Positions 1 to 9,161 of a stretch of 64,000 nt of DNA are shown piece after piece. Numbering within the stretch: the stretch's first letter is position 1; each line of letters starts with the position of its first letter. The translations under genes were made by a program, and so were the position numbers. Source of the DNA: an uncultured bacterium (GTDB taxonomy: Bacteria; Bacteroidota; Ignavibacteria; Kapaibacteriales; UBA2268); assembly GCA_942492935.1 (NCBI GenBank), contig OW818654.1:2412640-2476639 (forward strand), in the 5' to 3' direction. A model generated the notes under the pieces. It searched no databases and was not told the DNA's origin. It was given only the letters and a program-made list of their open reading frames with translations.

Positions 1-155
1 AAGTAAATTCCAATTAGTTAATTTAACAAAAATTATTCTAATTGAATAATAAAAAGAATCAAAAATTAAACCAAATTGAAAAAAACTATAATTTGTTTGG
101 AATTAAGAATATTATTAAGGGGTAAAATAACTCAGTTTTATATAAAAATTGTAAC

Positions 156-497
156 AACTCAGTCGCCTAACTATAAATTTGTATTTTCGTTAATTTGAAA
201 AAAATTCCTTGAAATTCCCATCGGGAATTAATGTTTGTAAGAAGAAACCCCACCTAACCTCCCCAAGGGGAGGAATAATATGTAAAGTCCTCCCCTTGGG
301 GAGGATTTAGGTGGGGTTTACAATTATTCAATCCCGATGGGATTGCAGGACTTATGGGTATTTTCTTTATTACAAACATGTAATCCCGAACGGGATTTTC
401 AAAGAATTTCATTTTATAATTATTTTCAAGTTGTTCCAAATATTCATTTTTTTCATTCAAATAACAAAGCAAATTAAAAATTTCTATGCGACTGAGT
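156..497. repeat. Cluster of GC-rich nested palindromes in an AT-rich intergenic region, bounded by a 10-bp inverted repeat. The hairpins are AATTCCCATCGGGAATT (213-229), AATCCCGATGGGATT (330-344) and AATCCCGAACGGGATT (382-397). A compound structure at 245-319 has perfect 13-bp outer arms (AAACCCCACCTAA / TTAGGTGGGGTTT) enclosing CCTCCCCAAGGGGAGG (258-273) and CCTCCCCTTGGGGAGG (289-304). The whole is flanked by ACTCAGTCGC (157-166) and GCGACTGAGT (488-497).
   Basis: Read directly in the sequence. Three hairpins share the consensus AATCCC-N3-4-GGGATT, one in the opposite orientation. GC content here far exceeds the flanking DNA. Confidence 0.6.
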
Positions 498-708
498 ATT
501 TACTAAAAATTTAATTCTTAATTTAGAAAAAAAATTCTCACTAACATTTAGATTGTCTAAAAGTGGAAGTATATGATTAGAATTTGAAATTTTAGATGAC
601 CTAACTTTCGTAGTGTAGGACTACTATCATTTATAAATTACATTTCAAGTTTGTAATGACAGCTACTATTATTATATCATTCTTGTTGTTTTTCGGAATC
701 AATTATAT

Positions 709-735
709 AAAATCCTCCACTTTGGGAGGATTTTA
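709..735. terminator. Bidirectional rho-independent terminator: stem ATCCTCC / GGAGGAT with an A-run upstream and TTTTA downstream.
   Basis: Hairpin AAAATCCTCCACTTTGGGAGGATTTTA. It lies just 3' of the minus-strand ccmD-like/ccsA operon and is U-rich on both strands. Confidence 0.55.
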
Positions 736-754
736 GAGTTTTTATAATTCTGAT

Positions 755-910
755 TTAAGAATTGTGCCTTTCTAATTTATCTGAAAACTCCTTTTCGAGT
801 GTAGATAGTTTTCTATCAATCCAAAATAAATATATAGAAATTCCGAGCCAAAGAATTAATGCAATTCCAAAAACTACGAATATTGCATTGTTATGAAGAA
901 ATTGTTCCAT
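755..910 (-). CDS. Small single-TM protein, 51 aa (MEQFLHNNAIFVVFGIALILWLGISIYLFWIDRKLSTLEKEFSDKLERHNS), CcmD-like heme exporter accessory protein. It is absent from the ORF track because it is under 60 aa.
   Basis: Manual translation of the minus strand. ATG at 908-910 and TAA at 755-757. One hydrophobic helix followed by a charged tail. It sits immediately downstream of the WWD-domain cytochrome c assembly gene, the usual position of ccmD-family genes. Confidence 0.5.
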   Translation of the reverse strand: MEQFLHNNAIFVVFGIALILWLGISIYLFWIDRKLSTLEKEFSDKLERHNS

Positions 911-943
911 AAAATATATCTCAATTAATTATTAATTATCAAA

Positions 944-1999
944 TTATTCATTTTCAATATTATATTTTAACCTATAATATCTCATTACAATGTTATAAAT
1001 CCAAAAGAAAAGTAAAATAAATGCAAATAATGCTAATCCAAAACCATAAATCAAAGTAGTATCGAGTGAACCGGTTTGTTGAGAAACAACAGGACCTGCA
1101 TTAACATCATCTGCAGAGCCTGGATGAAGACCTTTTGCCATTCTCGGAAGTATAAACACTAAAAAAGGAACTGTGATAAATGCTATGATAGAATAAACTG
1201 AACTTAATCTTGCTCGTTTTTCATCATTATCTATAGCTGAACGTAGAGCAAAATAAGCAAAATAAATCATTATCATTACAAATATTGATGATTGACGTGG
1301 ATCCCAATTCCAATAAGCTCCCCAATTGTATTTAGCCCAAAACATACCTGTTACAGTTGCAAGAATCGCAAAAACTGTACCTAATGAAGCCGCTGAAGCA
1401 GCGTATAAATCGTCATTTGGATTTTTGGTTTTGAGATATTTTACTGCAAAAATCATTGAAAACAGATATGCAACAACTGCAACCCAAGCTTGTGGAACGT
1501 GAAGATTCAATATTTTAATTCTTTCGTCCAAACTCGGAACAAATGGATATGTTAAAATTGGATTTACATAGTCCGTTTCGACATATTCTGCGACATTTAA
1601 TTCTTTATTCCATTTGAGTTTAAGAATTAATTTATCATTAGATTTCAATTCTTGAGGTAAATTTTTACCTTTTATAATCAAAGTGGAATCAATCAAGACT
1701 TTTCCTTTGCCATCTACTTTTCCAATCCAATAATTCTGCTGTTCGTCAAATACAAAGGAATTGGGAATAGTAAATACTTCAATGTCTATCTCATTATATG
1801 TTCCATTTTGTACAAATCTTAAATCAGTCCAAGTTCCGGCAATTCTTGGATAAATTGATAGGAAAAGAGATAATGAAACCAAAATCACAACTGCAATTTT
1901 CCACCAAAATGGCTTTGGTTTATCGAAATTTGGAAACATTCCCAAAATTACTCCTAAACCTAAAGCACCAAACATTATTAAAAATTTCATATAATTCAA
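944..1999 (-). CDS. ccsA: Cytochrome c assembly protein of the CcsA/CcmC family, which carries a WWD heme-handling motif. It has an N-terminal TM helix and a periplasmic extension of about 110 aa.
   Basis: Trp-rich WWD signature WAKYNWGAYWNWDPRQ followed by TM helices. The N-terminal signal/TM is MNYMKFLIMFGALGLGVILG. Confidence 0.7.
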   Translation of the reverse strand: MNYMKFLIMFGALGLGVILGMFPNFDKPKPFWWKIAVVILVSLSLFLSIYPRIAGTWTDLRFVQNGTYNEIDIEVFTIPNSFVFDEQQNYWIGKVDGKGKVLIDSTLIIKGKNLPQELKSNDKLILKLKWNKELNVAEYVETDYVNPILTYPFVPSLDERIKILNLHVPQAWVAVVAYLFSMIFAVKYLKTKNPNDDLYAASAASLGTVFAILATVTGMFWAKYNWGAYWNWDPRQSSIFVMIMIYFAYFALRSAIDNDEKRARLSSVYSIIAFITVPFLVFILPRMAKGLHPGSADDVNAGPVVSQQTGSLDTTLIYGFGLALFAFILLFFWIYNIVMRYYRLKYNIENE

Positions 2000-2055
2000 A
2001 AATAATTCAAAAAAATCATTTATTAGACATACCTAAATTACGAAAAATTTTTGAA

Positions 2056-2493
2056 TTAATGTAATTCTTTTGTTAATTGAAGTATATTATATGGATTTTT
2101 TTCATTTGAAGGTAGATAAGATATGTTATCCATAACGAGTTTCATAATATGAATACCAAGTCCGCCTTTTCTAAATGAATTAAAATATTCATTCATATCA
2201 GGAGATGAAATATCAAGTGGATTAAAGGATTCTCCATTATCAAAAATTTTAACAGTAAATTTATTTATTTCTGTTTCTACTTCAACACAAAATGTTTTAG
2301 ATTTGTCAAGTTTGTAGCTATGTTTAATCAAGTTTGAACAAGCTTCATCAACGGCAAGAGCAATTTTTTGACTTTCACCAGAATTAAATCCAAATTTTTC
2401 AGCTTTATTAGCAACAAAAACCCGAACCCGTTCTAATTCGGAAGTATCGCTTACAGCTTTCAAAACATTGGTATTATTTTTTTTGCCTGCCAT
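2056..2493 (-). CDS. Anti-sigma regulatory factor, a Ser/Thr protein kinase (RsbW/SpoIIAB-like HATPase_c). This is the kinase of a partner-switching module.
   Basis: 145 aa, with HATPase-like motifs (EACSNLIKHSY, GGLGIHIM). It lies directly downstream of a STAS antagonist gene with a 5-bp gap. Confidence 0.7.
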   Translation of the reverse strand: MAGKKNNTNVLKAVSDTSELERVRVFVANKAEKFGFNSGESQKIALAVDEACSNLIKHSYKLDKSKTFCVEVETEINKFTVKIFDNGESFNPLDISSPDMNEYFNSFRKGGLGIHIMKLVMDNISYLPSNEKNPYNILQLTKELH

Positions 2494-2497
2494 ATAA

Positions 2498-2866
2498 TCA
2501 GTTAATTTTTAAATTATTAAAATTAGTTAAAAGTGTATTTTCGTCTTTATGAATATCAAATAGCATAGGAAAACCTAACAAATCAAAAACTGAATATACT
2601 TTTTCATTCATATTTGCCAATTTGATATCACCACCACTTTTTCTCACATCTTCAATAAATACCATAAATACGCCCAAGCCAGCACTTGAAATATAGTCAA
2701 GTTCACCAAAATTCACAAGAATTTTATTATCACCCTTATTCAAAGTTTCCTGAATGGCATTTTCAAGTTTTGGAGCAGTATGTGCATCTAAATATCCTTG
2801 TATATAAATACATTCTACATCTTCAACTCTTTTTTTTGTAATGCCAAATTTTGTTGTATCTTTCAT
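2498..2866 (-). CDS. STAS-domain anti-sigma factor antagonist (RsbV/SpoIIAA-like).
   Basis: 122 aa, with the STAS signature LDYISSAGLGVFM containing the phosphorylatable Ser. Confidence 0.75.
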   Translation of the reverse strand: MKDTTKFGITKKRVEDVECIYIQGYLDAHTAPKLENAIQETLNKGDNKILVNFGELDYISSAGLGVFMVFIEDVRKSGGDIKLANMNEKVYSVFDLLGFPMLFDIHKDENTLLTNFNNLKIN

Positions 2867-2966
2867 TCAAATCCTCAAAAAACTTTCTTTAAATAAATCA
2901 TTTAAATTACAATTATAATTCTTGCAAAAATACGAAAATTTATCAAAAATCATTCCATAAAACTAA

Positions 2967-5093
2967 TTAATTTTCTTTTTTAAAAATCAAAGCAAAAATA
3001 GTCATATCATCGCTATGAGAAATATTATTTCCGTAATTATGTATTTCATTCATAACATTGTTTGTAATTGTAGCTGCTAATGGTTCATTAATGGTAGTTA
3101 GCGATTTCATCAAAGGAGCATATCCAAATTCTTCCTTATTATCTGATTTTAGTTCATTGACCCCATCAGTAAACATAAGTATAGAATCACCAGAGTTTAA
3201 ATTTAACTCAATTTCTTCAAGTGATTCATTAAATATACTATCATTTGCAAGTCCTAATCCAATTCCTTTAGGAATGTAAGTGGAAATAAATTGCCCACTT
3301 TTAATAAAAAATGGCATGTGTCCAGCTCTTGAAAAAGAAATATTTCCTTCAAAACCATTAATTGATAATGCACTCATTGTGATATACATTTGTTTTTCAA
3401 TATTTCCATAAAGAATTTTGTTAATTTTTTTAAGTAAATCAGAAGGTGATTCAGCTTCATTTGAAACTGACATAACTATTCCTTTTAATTGAGCCATGTA
3501 AAATGCCGCACTAAAACCTTTGCCTGATACATCGCCAATTAATATACAGTAATTTCCATTTTTTAATTTAACAACATCATAATAATCACCACCAACTTCA
3601 GTTGCTGGAATTGAAAAGGCAGCAATAGAATAATTTGTTATATCTGGTAATTTCTGTGGCAGAAGTTTATTTTGAATCTTTTGGGCAACAAGTAATTCAT
3701 TTTTATATCTTTCTTTTTCGATGGAATCTTTTACCAATTTAGCATTTTCTATTGCTATTCTTACGTTATCACCAAAAGCATTTAATACATTCAAATCATC
3801 TCTTTCAAATGCAAATTCTTCGCTGTCGCCAACTAATAATGTTCCTATTCTATCAGAAGCAGAAAATAGAGGTATTATTATCAAACTTTTCACATTTGGC
3901 AAAAATTGTGACAGATTTGAAAGGAATTGATTTTCTTCTACTGAATCTATTAATTCTGACTGTTGATAGTTTATTAAAATTGACGATAGTTCAATTAATG
4001 AATGAGCAGATGTTAAAGCAGAACGATTAATGTTTACAGAGCTTACTATTTTAGTAGAATTATTTTCATAGGTTTCTGTCCAAGCAGAATTTGCATTGCA
4101 AGATTGTAAAGCTAATTTAGTAACAACATCTAACAAATAATCACTGTTATTATCAACAGAATCAGCAACTAATTTATTTAAATAAGTTAATGAACTAATT
4201 TCACTTGTTCGTCTTTCAACAATTTTAGTTGTTGGAAGTGTTGCCACTGTAGTAAAAAATAATCTCAACAACATTGAACTAAACAATGTATAAGTCAAAA
4301 TTATTACAGTTTCGCTTAAAGGCAGGTATTTATGCAATAAAATGTGGAGTTCTGAAGTATTGTTATCTGTATTATGAATTACAATAATAGAGAAAATAAA
4401 TGCAAAAAAAGTAAGCCATATTTGTTTGATTTTTAAATTTCTTGGTAATATTGCAACCCAATTATTTTTTGAAACAAGCATCCAGCCGAGAATAATGATT
4501 GATGAATATCCAATGAAATCAATAAATTTCAGAAAATCTAATTCTAATCCAATAATATTAACAATTAAAAACTTTATTAAAAAATAAAAGTAAATATATG
4601 CTATTATAAATAGATAGAACTTTGTTTTCTTATGTTTTCTAATATTAAACCATTTATATAAAAATTGAAGCAAAAACATTGCAGTTAATAATACAAATAA
4701 CGAGAAACATAACTGCAATGCCAAGGTAAAAATATTATCAGGTAAATAATTTACTTGTGTAACAAGAGTTACGAATATACTTCCGAAAAATATTGAAGCA
4801 GACAAAATGAAAAATTTATTTACATCTTTCAGAAATTCAACAGATAAATCATAATTATTTATTATTATAGATTTGTTATCTTTTGTAAAAAAATACAAGA
4901 GAAAAGCTGTTACTATTGCTATTGTTGAAGTTAAATTCCACAACGTCAAATTTACAGTACTTATCTTATCCAAAATCAACAGAATTATATCACCAACAAT
5001 TCTAATTGTGGTGAAAATTATCCCTGCTGCCAAGTATCCAGTTTTATTATTTTGAGCCAAAATAATTCCCAAATCAAAATTCTTTCTAAACAT
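2967..5093 (-). CDS. Membrane sensor and PP2C-family (SpoIIE/RsbU-like) serine phosphatase. It has an N-terminal polytopic 7TM-type domain, a central GAF-like domain and a C-terminal PP2C domain.
   Basis: 708 aa. The N-terminal 300 aa are hydrophobic helices. The C terminus carries PP2C motifs (GDVSGKG, MFTDGVNE, DDMT). Gene order phosphatase-antagonist-kinase matches the RsbU-RsbV-RsbW arrangement. Confidence 0.75.
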   Translation of the reverse strand: MFRKNFDLGIILAQNNKTGYLAAGIIFTTIRIVGDIILLILDKISTVNLTLWNLTSTIAIVTAFLLYFFTKDNKSIIINNYDLSVEFLKDVNKFFILSASIFFGSIFVTLVTQVNYLPDNIFTLALQLCFSLFVLLTAMFLLQFLYKWFNIRKHKKTKFYLFIIAYIYFYFLIKFLIVNIIGLELDFLKFIDFIGYSSIIILGWMLVSKNNWVAILPRNLKIKQIWLTFFAFIFSIIVIHNTDNNTSELHILLHKYLPLSETVIILTYTLFSSMLLRLFFTTVATLPTTKIVERRTSEISSLTYLNKLVADSVDNNSDYLLDVVTKLALQSCNANSAWTETYENNSTKIVSSVNINRSALTSAHSLIELSSILINYQQSELIDSVEENQFLSNLSQFLPNVKSLIIIPLFSASDRIGTLLVGDSEEFAFERDDLNVLNAFGDNVRIAIENAKLVKDSIEKERYKNELLVAQKIQNKLLPQKLPDITNYSIAAFSIPATEVGGDYYDVVKLKNGNYCILIGDVSGKGFSAAFYMAQLKGIVMSVSNEAESPSDLLKKINKILYGNIEKQMYITMSALSINGFEGNISFSRAGHMPFFIKSGQFISTYIPKGIGLGLANDSIFNESLEEIELNLNSGDSILMFTDGVNELKSDNKEEFGYAPLMKSLTTINEPLAATITNNVMNEIHNYGNNISHSDDMTIFALIFKKEN

Positions 5094-5208
5094 ATTTATT
5101 TACGAAATTAATTTCAAAAAGTTTATTTGTTTTTTGCAAATCAAAAATTGTAAATTTAGAAAAATATATTTAAGTTAGTATAATTTTTATTTGAATTGAG
5201 CAAAAAAT

Positions 5209-6705
5209 ATGAAATATTTATTGAATATTGATACTGTAAGACAAGCTGATAATGATGCAATTAGCAAATTTGGGATTAGTGGTTTAGTTTTAATGGAAAA
5301 TGCAGCAAGAAGCGTTGCCGAATTTATCAAAAAAAAATTTATAGATAAATCAAAAATCAAAATTTTCTGTGGTGCAGGAAATAATGGTGGAGATGGTTTT
5401 GCAATTGCAAGGCATTTGATTTCAGATTTTGATGTTGAAATATTTCAAATCGGTTCAGTTTCCAAAATGAGTCCAGAAACAAGGGCTAACTACGAAATTA
5501 CTCAGAAAATGAAAATTACAACTAATATAATTGAAAAAAAAGAATCAATTAATTCTTTGAATTTTGACGCTGATATTATAATTGATTCATTGGTTGGAGT
5601 AGGTGGAACGGAAAATTTGAAGGGAATTGTATGTGATATCTTAGATAAAATAAATATTACTAATGCTGTTAACATTGCTGTTGATGTACCCACGGGCTTA
5701 AATGCTGATACAGGTGAAATATCTAAGCATTGTTTCAAAGCAGATTACACTATTACAATGTTTGCTGGAAAAATTGGGATGTATCTTAATGATGGAAGAA
5801 ATGTTTGTGGAAAGATTATTGTAGCTGATTTAGGCGCCCCCAATTCTATTATAAAACATTTATCATCAGATTACATTTTACAAAAGGAAGATGTTAAGAG
5901 ATTAATTGGAAAAAGACAGAAGAATACTTCTAAATTTGACTATGGACGAGTAATAGTCATAGCAGGCTCTGAAAATTTTCCCGGTGCCGCTGCATTGACA
6001 ACTAACGCTACGGTTAAATCTGGTGCAGGATTAGTGGAATTAATTTCTCCAATTATGCATCATCATTTAATTCCTGAAGTTATTTTTCATAAAGCAAAAG
6101 CAAATAATAATGGTTTTATGACTTTGGAAAATATTGATTTAGTTATTGAAAGATTGGATAAAGCAAATACATTAATTGTTGGACCTGGAATTGGCAATAA
6201 TCAAGATACATTAGATTTCATTGAAAATGTATTAAACAATACTCCCCCTTGGGTAAAAATAGTTATTGATGCTGATGCTTTAAGAGTTGTTAATAAGTTG
6301 AAATTTGTATCAGAAAGAACAATTTTAACGCCACATATTATTGAATTTTCAAGAATGTTTAATATTCCAATAAGTGAAGTTCAAAGAAATTCATATTTTA
6401 TTGCCAAAGAAAAAGCTAAAGAGTTGGGCTGTGTGATTCTTTTAAAAAATGTACCATCAATTATTACTGATGGTTTAGAGACATATTTAAATATTGGTGG
6501 CAATCCAGGAATGGCAACCGGTGGCAGTGGTGATGTTTTAAGTGGAATTATTGGGTCAATGACTGCACAAGGATTAGATGCACTTGAAGCTGCTGCAATC
6601 GGTTCATTTGTTCATTCAAAAGCAGGTGATTTGTATGCAAGAAAGTATTCCGAACAAGCTCTTTCAGCAGGTAATTTAATTGAGTTTCTTAAATTTGTAT
6701 TTTAA
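5209..6705 (+). CDS. nnr: Bifunctional NAD(P)H-hydrate repair enzyme Nnr, with a YjeF-N epimerase domain and a YjeF-C ADP-dependent dehydratase domain.
   Basis: 498 aa. The N-terminal motif is GAGNNGGDG. The C-terminal carbohydrate-kinase-like domain has GPGIG and GGSGDVLSG. Confidence 0.85.
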   Translation: MKYLLNIDTVRQADNDAISKFGISGLVLMENAARSVAEFIKKKFIDKSKIKIFCGAGNNGGDGFAIARHLISDFDVEIFQIGSVSKMSPETRANYEITQKMKITTNIIEKKESINSLNFDADIIIDSLVGVGGTENLKGIVCDILDKINITNAVNIAVDVPTGLNADTGEISKHCFKADYTITMFAGKIGMYLNDGRNVCGKIIVADLGAPNSIIKHLSSDYILQKEDVKRLIGKRQKNTSKFDYGRVIVIAGSENFPGAAALTTNATVKSGAGLVELISPIMHHHLIPEVIFHKAKANNNGFMTLENIDLVIERLDKANTLIVGPGIGNNQDTLDFIENVLNNTPPWVKIVIDADALRVVNKLKFVSERTILTPHIIEFSRMFNIPISEVQRNSYFIAKEKAKELGCVILLKNVPSIITDGLETYLNIGGNPGMATGGSGDVLSGIIGSMTAQGLDALEAAAIGSFVHSKAGDLYARKYSEQALSAGNLIEFLKFVF

Positions 6706-6719
6706 TTGATGGAATTGAA

Positions 6720-7157
6720 ATGAAAATAATTGTGCAAAGAGTTACCAAAGCATCGGTAAAGGTTGATAATACAATAATAGGGGAGATTGCTGAAGGATTA
6801 CTTGTTTTGGTGGGGTTTAATTCAAATGACAACAAGCAAAATGTAGATTGGATGTGCAATAAATTGCTCGGCTTACGCATTTTTCAAGATGAAAATGAAA
6901 AAATGAATTTGTCAGTTAGTGATATTAACGGCGGATTACTTATAATATCTAATTTCACATTATATGGTGATGCTCAAAAAGGATTTCGTCCAAGTTTTAT
7001 TGAAGCAGCAAGACCAGAACTTGCAGAGCCATTGTATAATTATATGATTGAAACACTTCAAAAAAGTGGATTAAATATCCAATCAGGAAAATTTGGAGCT
7101 ATGATGGATATTGAATTAATTAACTCAGGACCAGTAACAATATCAATAGAAAAATAG
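6720..7157 (+). CDS. dtd: D-aminoacyl-tRNA deacylase.
   Basis: 145 aa. N terminus MKIIVQRVTKASVKV and the SGPVT motif near the C terminus. Confidence 0.85.
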   Translation: MKIIVQRVTKASVKVDNTIIGEIAEGLLVLVGFNSNDNKQNVDWMCNKLLGLRIFQDENEKMNLSVSDINGGLLIISNFTLYGDAQKGFRPSFIEAARPELAEPLYNYMIETLQKSGLNIQSGKFGAMMDIELINSGPVTISIEK

Positions 7158-7293
7158 TTTTACAAAACTGCAGATTTAAAATTGTTTTGAATCTTTGAAT
7201 GAACAATCAACTGTTTTTTTGCAAATTAATCAAAAAATAAAGTTAATTTTGAATTAATTCGTTATTACTTATTTAAATTAACTTTTTTAGAAT

Positions 7294-7893
7294 ATGTATA
7301 ATAAAGAAAATATTAAATTATCAATTGAAGAAAGTATTAAAACCAAACATAGTTTGATTGAAAGCTGCATTGATGATATTTATGCTTGTGGTTTATTACT
7401 AACTGATTCACTCAAAAATGGCAATAAAATTCTTTTTTGTGGTAATGGTGGAAGTGCAGCAGACGCTCAACATATTGTAGCTGAATTAGTTATCCGTTAT
7501 CGTTCAAGTGTCAATAGAGCAGCACTACCAGCAATTGCTTTAACAGTTGACCCTTCAATTATGACTGCAGGAGGCAATGATATTGGCTATGATAATATTT
7601 TTGCACGTACTGTTGAAGCTTACGGAAAATCAGGGGATGTGTTGGTAGCGATAACAACTTCAGGTAATTCAGAAAACGTTTTTCGAGCCATAATACAAGC
7701 GAAAAAAATGAATATGAAAATTGTAGGTTTACTTGGTAATGGCGGTGGAAAAATTGCATCTCTTTGTGATAATTCTGTGATTGTACCAAGTAAAATTACA
7801 GCAAGAATACAAGAATCCCATATCTTGACTGGTCATATATGGTGTGAAATTATAGAAGAGAATTTATTTCCTGAATTATTTGAGGTGAAATAA
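7294..7893 (+). CDS. gmhA: Phosphoheptose isomerase (D-sedoheptulose-7-phosphate isomerase), SIS domain.
   Basis: 199 aa. SIS motifs GNGGSAADAQH and ITTSGNSENV. Confidence 0.8.
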   Translation: MYNKENIKLSIEESIKTKHSLIESCIDDIYACGLLLTDSLKNGNKILFCGNGGSAADAQHIVAELVIRYRSSVNRAALPAIALTVDPSIMTAGGNDIGYDNIFARTVEAYGKSGDVLVAITTSGNSENVFRAIIQAKKMNMKIVGLLGNGGGKIASLCDNSVIVPSKITARIQESHILTGHIWCEIIEENLFPELFEVK

Positions 7894-8498
7894 TGGCTGA
7901 ATCATCATTTGCAAGTATTTTGATTTTCATTTCAACTATTGGTATTAGTATTTACGCAATGTATCAAAATCATTCACTATATAATTCATGGGCATTAAGT
8001 CCATTTAATATTGTTCATTATAAGAAATATTATCAAGTAATTACAAGTGGATTTATACATGCAGATTGGATGCACTTACTTTTTAATATGCTATCATTTT
8101 ACTTTTTTGCATTTCGACTTGAAGGTTCTATTGGAGCATTTAATTTTTTTGTGATTTATTTTCTTTCAATGATTGCGGGAAATTTATCTACTATTTTCAA
8201 GTATAAAAATGACCCATATTATAGAAGTATTGGAGCATCAGGTGCCGTTTCTGGTATAATATTCAGTTCAATTTTATTTGCACCAACAGCAAAAATGATG
8301 ATGTTTCCAATTCCAATTCCATTTCCTGCTTGGTTATTTGCAATTTTATATTTAGTTTGGTCGCATTTTGCGGCACAAAAAAGCGATGAGATGATTAATC
8401 ACTCAGCTCACTTATATGGTGCAATTGCTGGTTTGATAGTTACAATTTTAATTATCCCAGGCAGTTTTCAATTCTTTTTAAATCAATTATTCGGTTAA
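7893..8498 (+). CDS. Rhomboid-family intramembrane serine protease.
   Basis: 201 aa polytopic protein. It has the GASGAVSG active-site motif and a downstream His (HLYGAIAG). Confidence 0.75.
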   Translation: MAESSFASILIFISTIGISIYAMYQNHSLYNSWALSPFNIVHYKKYYQVITSGFIHADWMHLLFNMLSFYFFAFRLEGSIGAFNFFVIYFLSMIAGNLSTIFKYKNDPYYRSIGASGAVSGIIFSSILFAPTAKMMMFPIPIPFPAWLFAILYLVWSHFAAQKSDEMINHSAHLYGAIAGLIVTILIIPGSFQFFLNQLFG

Positions 8499-8510
8499 AA
8501 TGGTGATAAT

Positions 8511-9128
8511 ATGAGTAGTTTAGTTATAGGTTTAACAGGTGGCATAGGTTCGGGAAAATCAACAGTAGCTGATATTATTGAATCAAATAATATAAAAGTT
8601 ATTAAGTCAGATTTGAACGCAAAAGAAATTATGAATAATAATTTGACTGTGAAAAGAAGAATTATTGATGCTTTTGGAGACAAATCATATTTTGAAGATG
8701 GGAAATTGAATTCGTCATATATCTCTTCTTTAGTGTTTTCAGAAGAAGATGAAGAATATAACAATTTGAATAAATTAAATAGAATTGTTCATCCAGTTGT
8801 TATTCAAAAATTGATGGATGATGTTGAGGAGTTGGAAAGAAATGGAGAAAAGCTCATTTTTGTTGAATCTGCATTGATTTACGAAGCTAATTTACAAGAA
8901 GGATTCGACTACATTGTTGTTGTAAATGCAAATAAAGAAACTGTAATTGAACGACTTACAAATTCTCGTGGTTTAACTGAAAAACAAATCAATGCAGTTA
9001 TGAATACTCAAATTTCCAATGAAGAAAAAGTTGGAGTGGCTGATTTTGTAATTGACAATAATTCCACTCCTGAAAAATTAAAAGAAAGCGTTGATTTCAT
9101 TTTAGCTGTTTTACAGGGTATTGAATAA
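8511..9128 (+). CDS. coaE: Dephospho-CoA kinase.
   Basis: 205 aa. P-loop GLTGGIGSGKST at the N terminus. Confidence 0.85.
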   Translation: MSSLVIGLTGGIGSGKSTVADIIESNNIKVIKSDLNAKEIMNNNLTVKRRIIDAFGDKSYFEDGKLNSSYISSLVFSEEDEEYNNLNKLNRIVHPVVIQKLMDDVEELERNGEKLIFVESALIYEANLQEGFDYIVVVNANKETVIERLTNSRGLTEKQINAVMNTQISNEEKVGVADFVIDNNSTPEKLKESVDFILAVLQGIE

Positions 9129-9161
9129 TTTAATGTATTTTATTAATAAATAAGAAAATTT

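Noticed and set aside
254-514. ORFs 254..472 (minus strand) and 311..514 (plus strand), predicted as coding.
   Set aside because: They overlap each other and sit exactly on the GC-rich palindromes. Palindromic DNA produces open frames on both strands. The translations are low-complexity (Pro/Gly runs that arise from CCCC and GGGG) and there is no start context.
1798-2064. 88-aa plus-strand ORF antisense to the 5' end of ccsA. The same reasoning covers the many other short antisense ORFs in the track, for example 3058..3279, 3721..4030, 5502..5738, 7559..7789, 9959..10273, 21462..21695, 22394..22876 and 27950..28399.
   Set aside because: Each is fully embedded in a longer, motif-supported gene on the other strand. 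AT-rich genomes generate such frames by chance.
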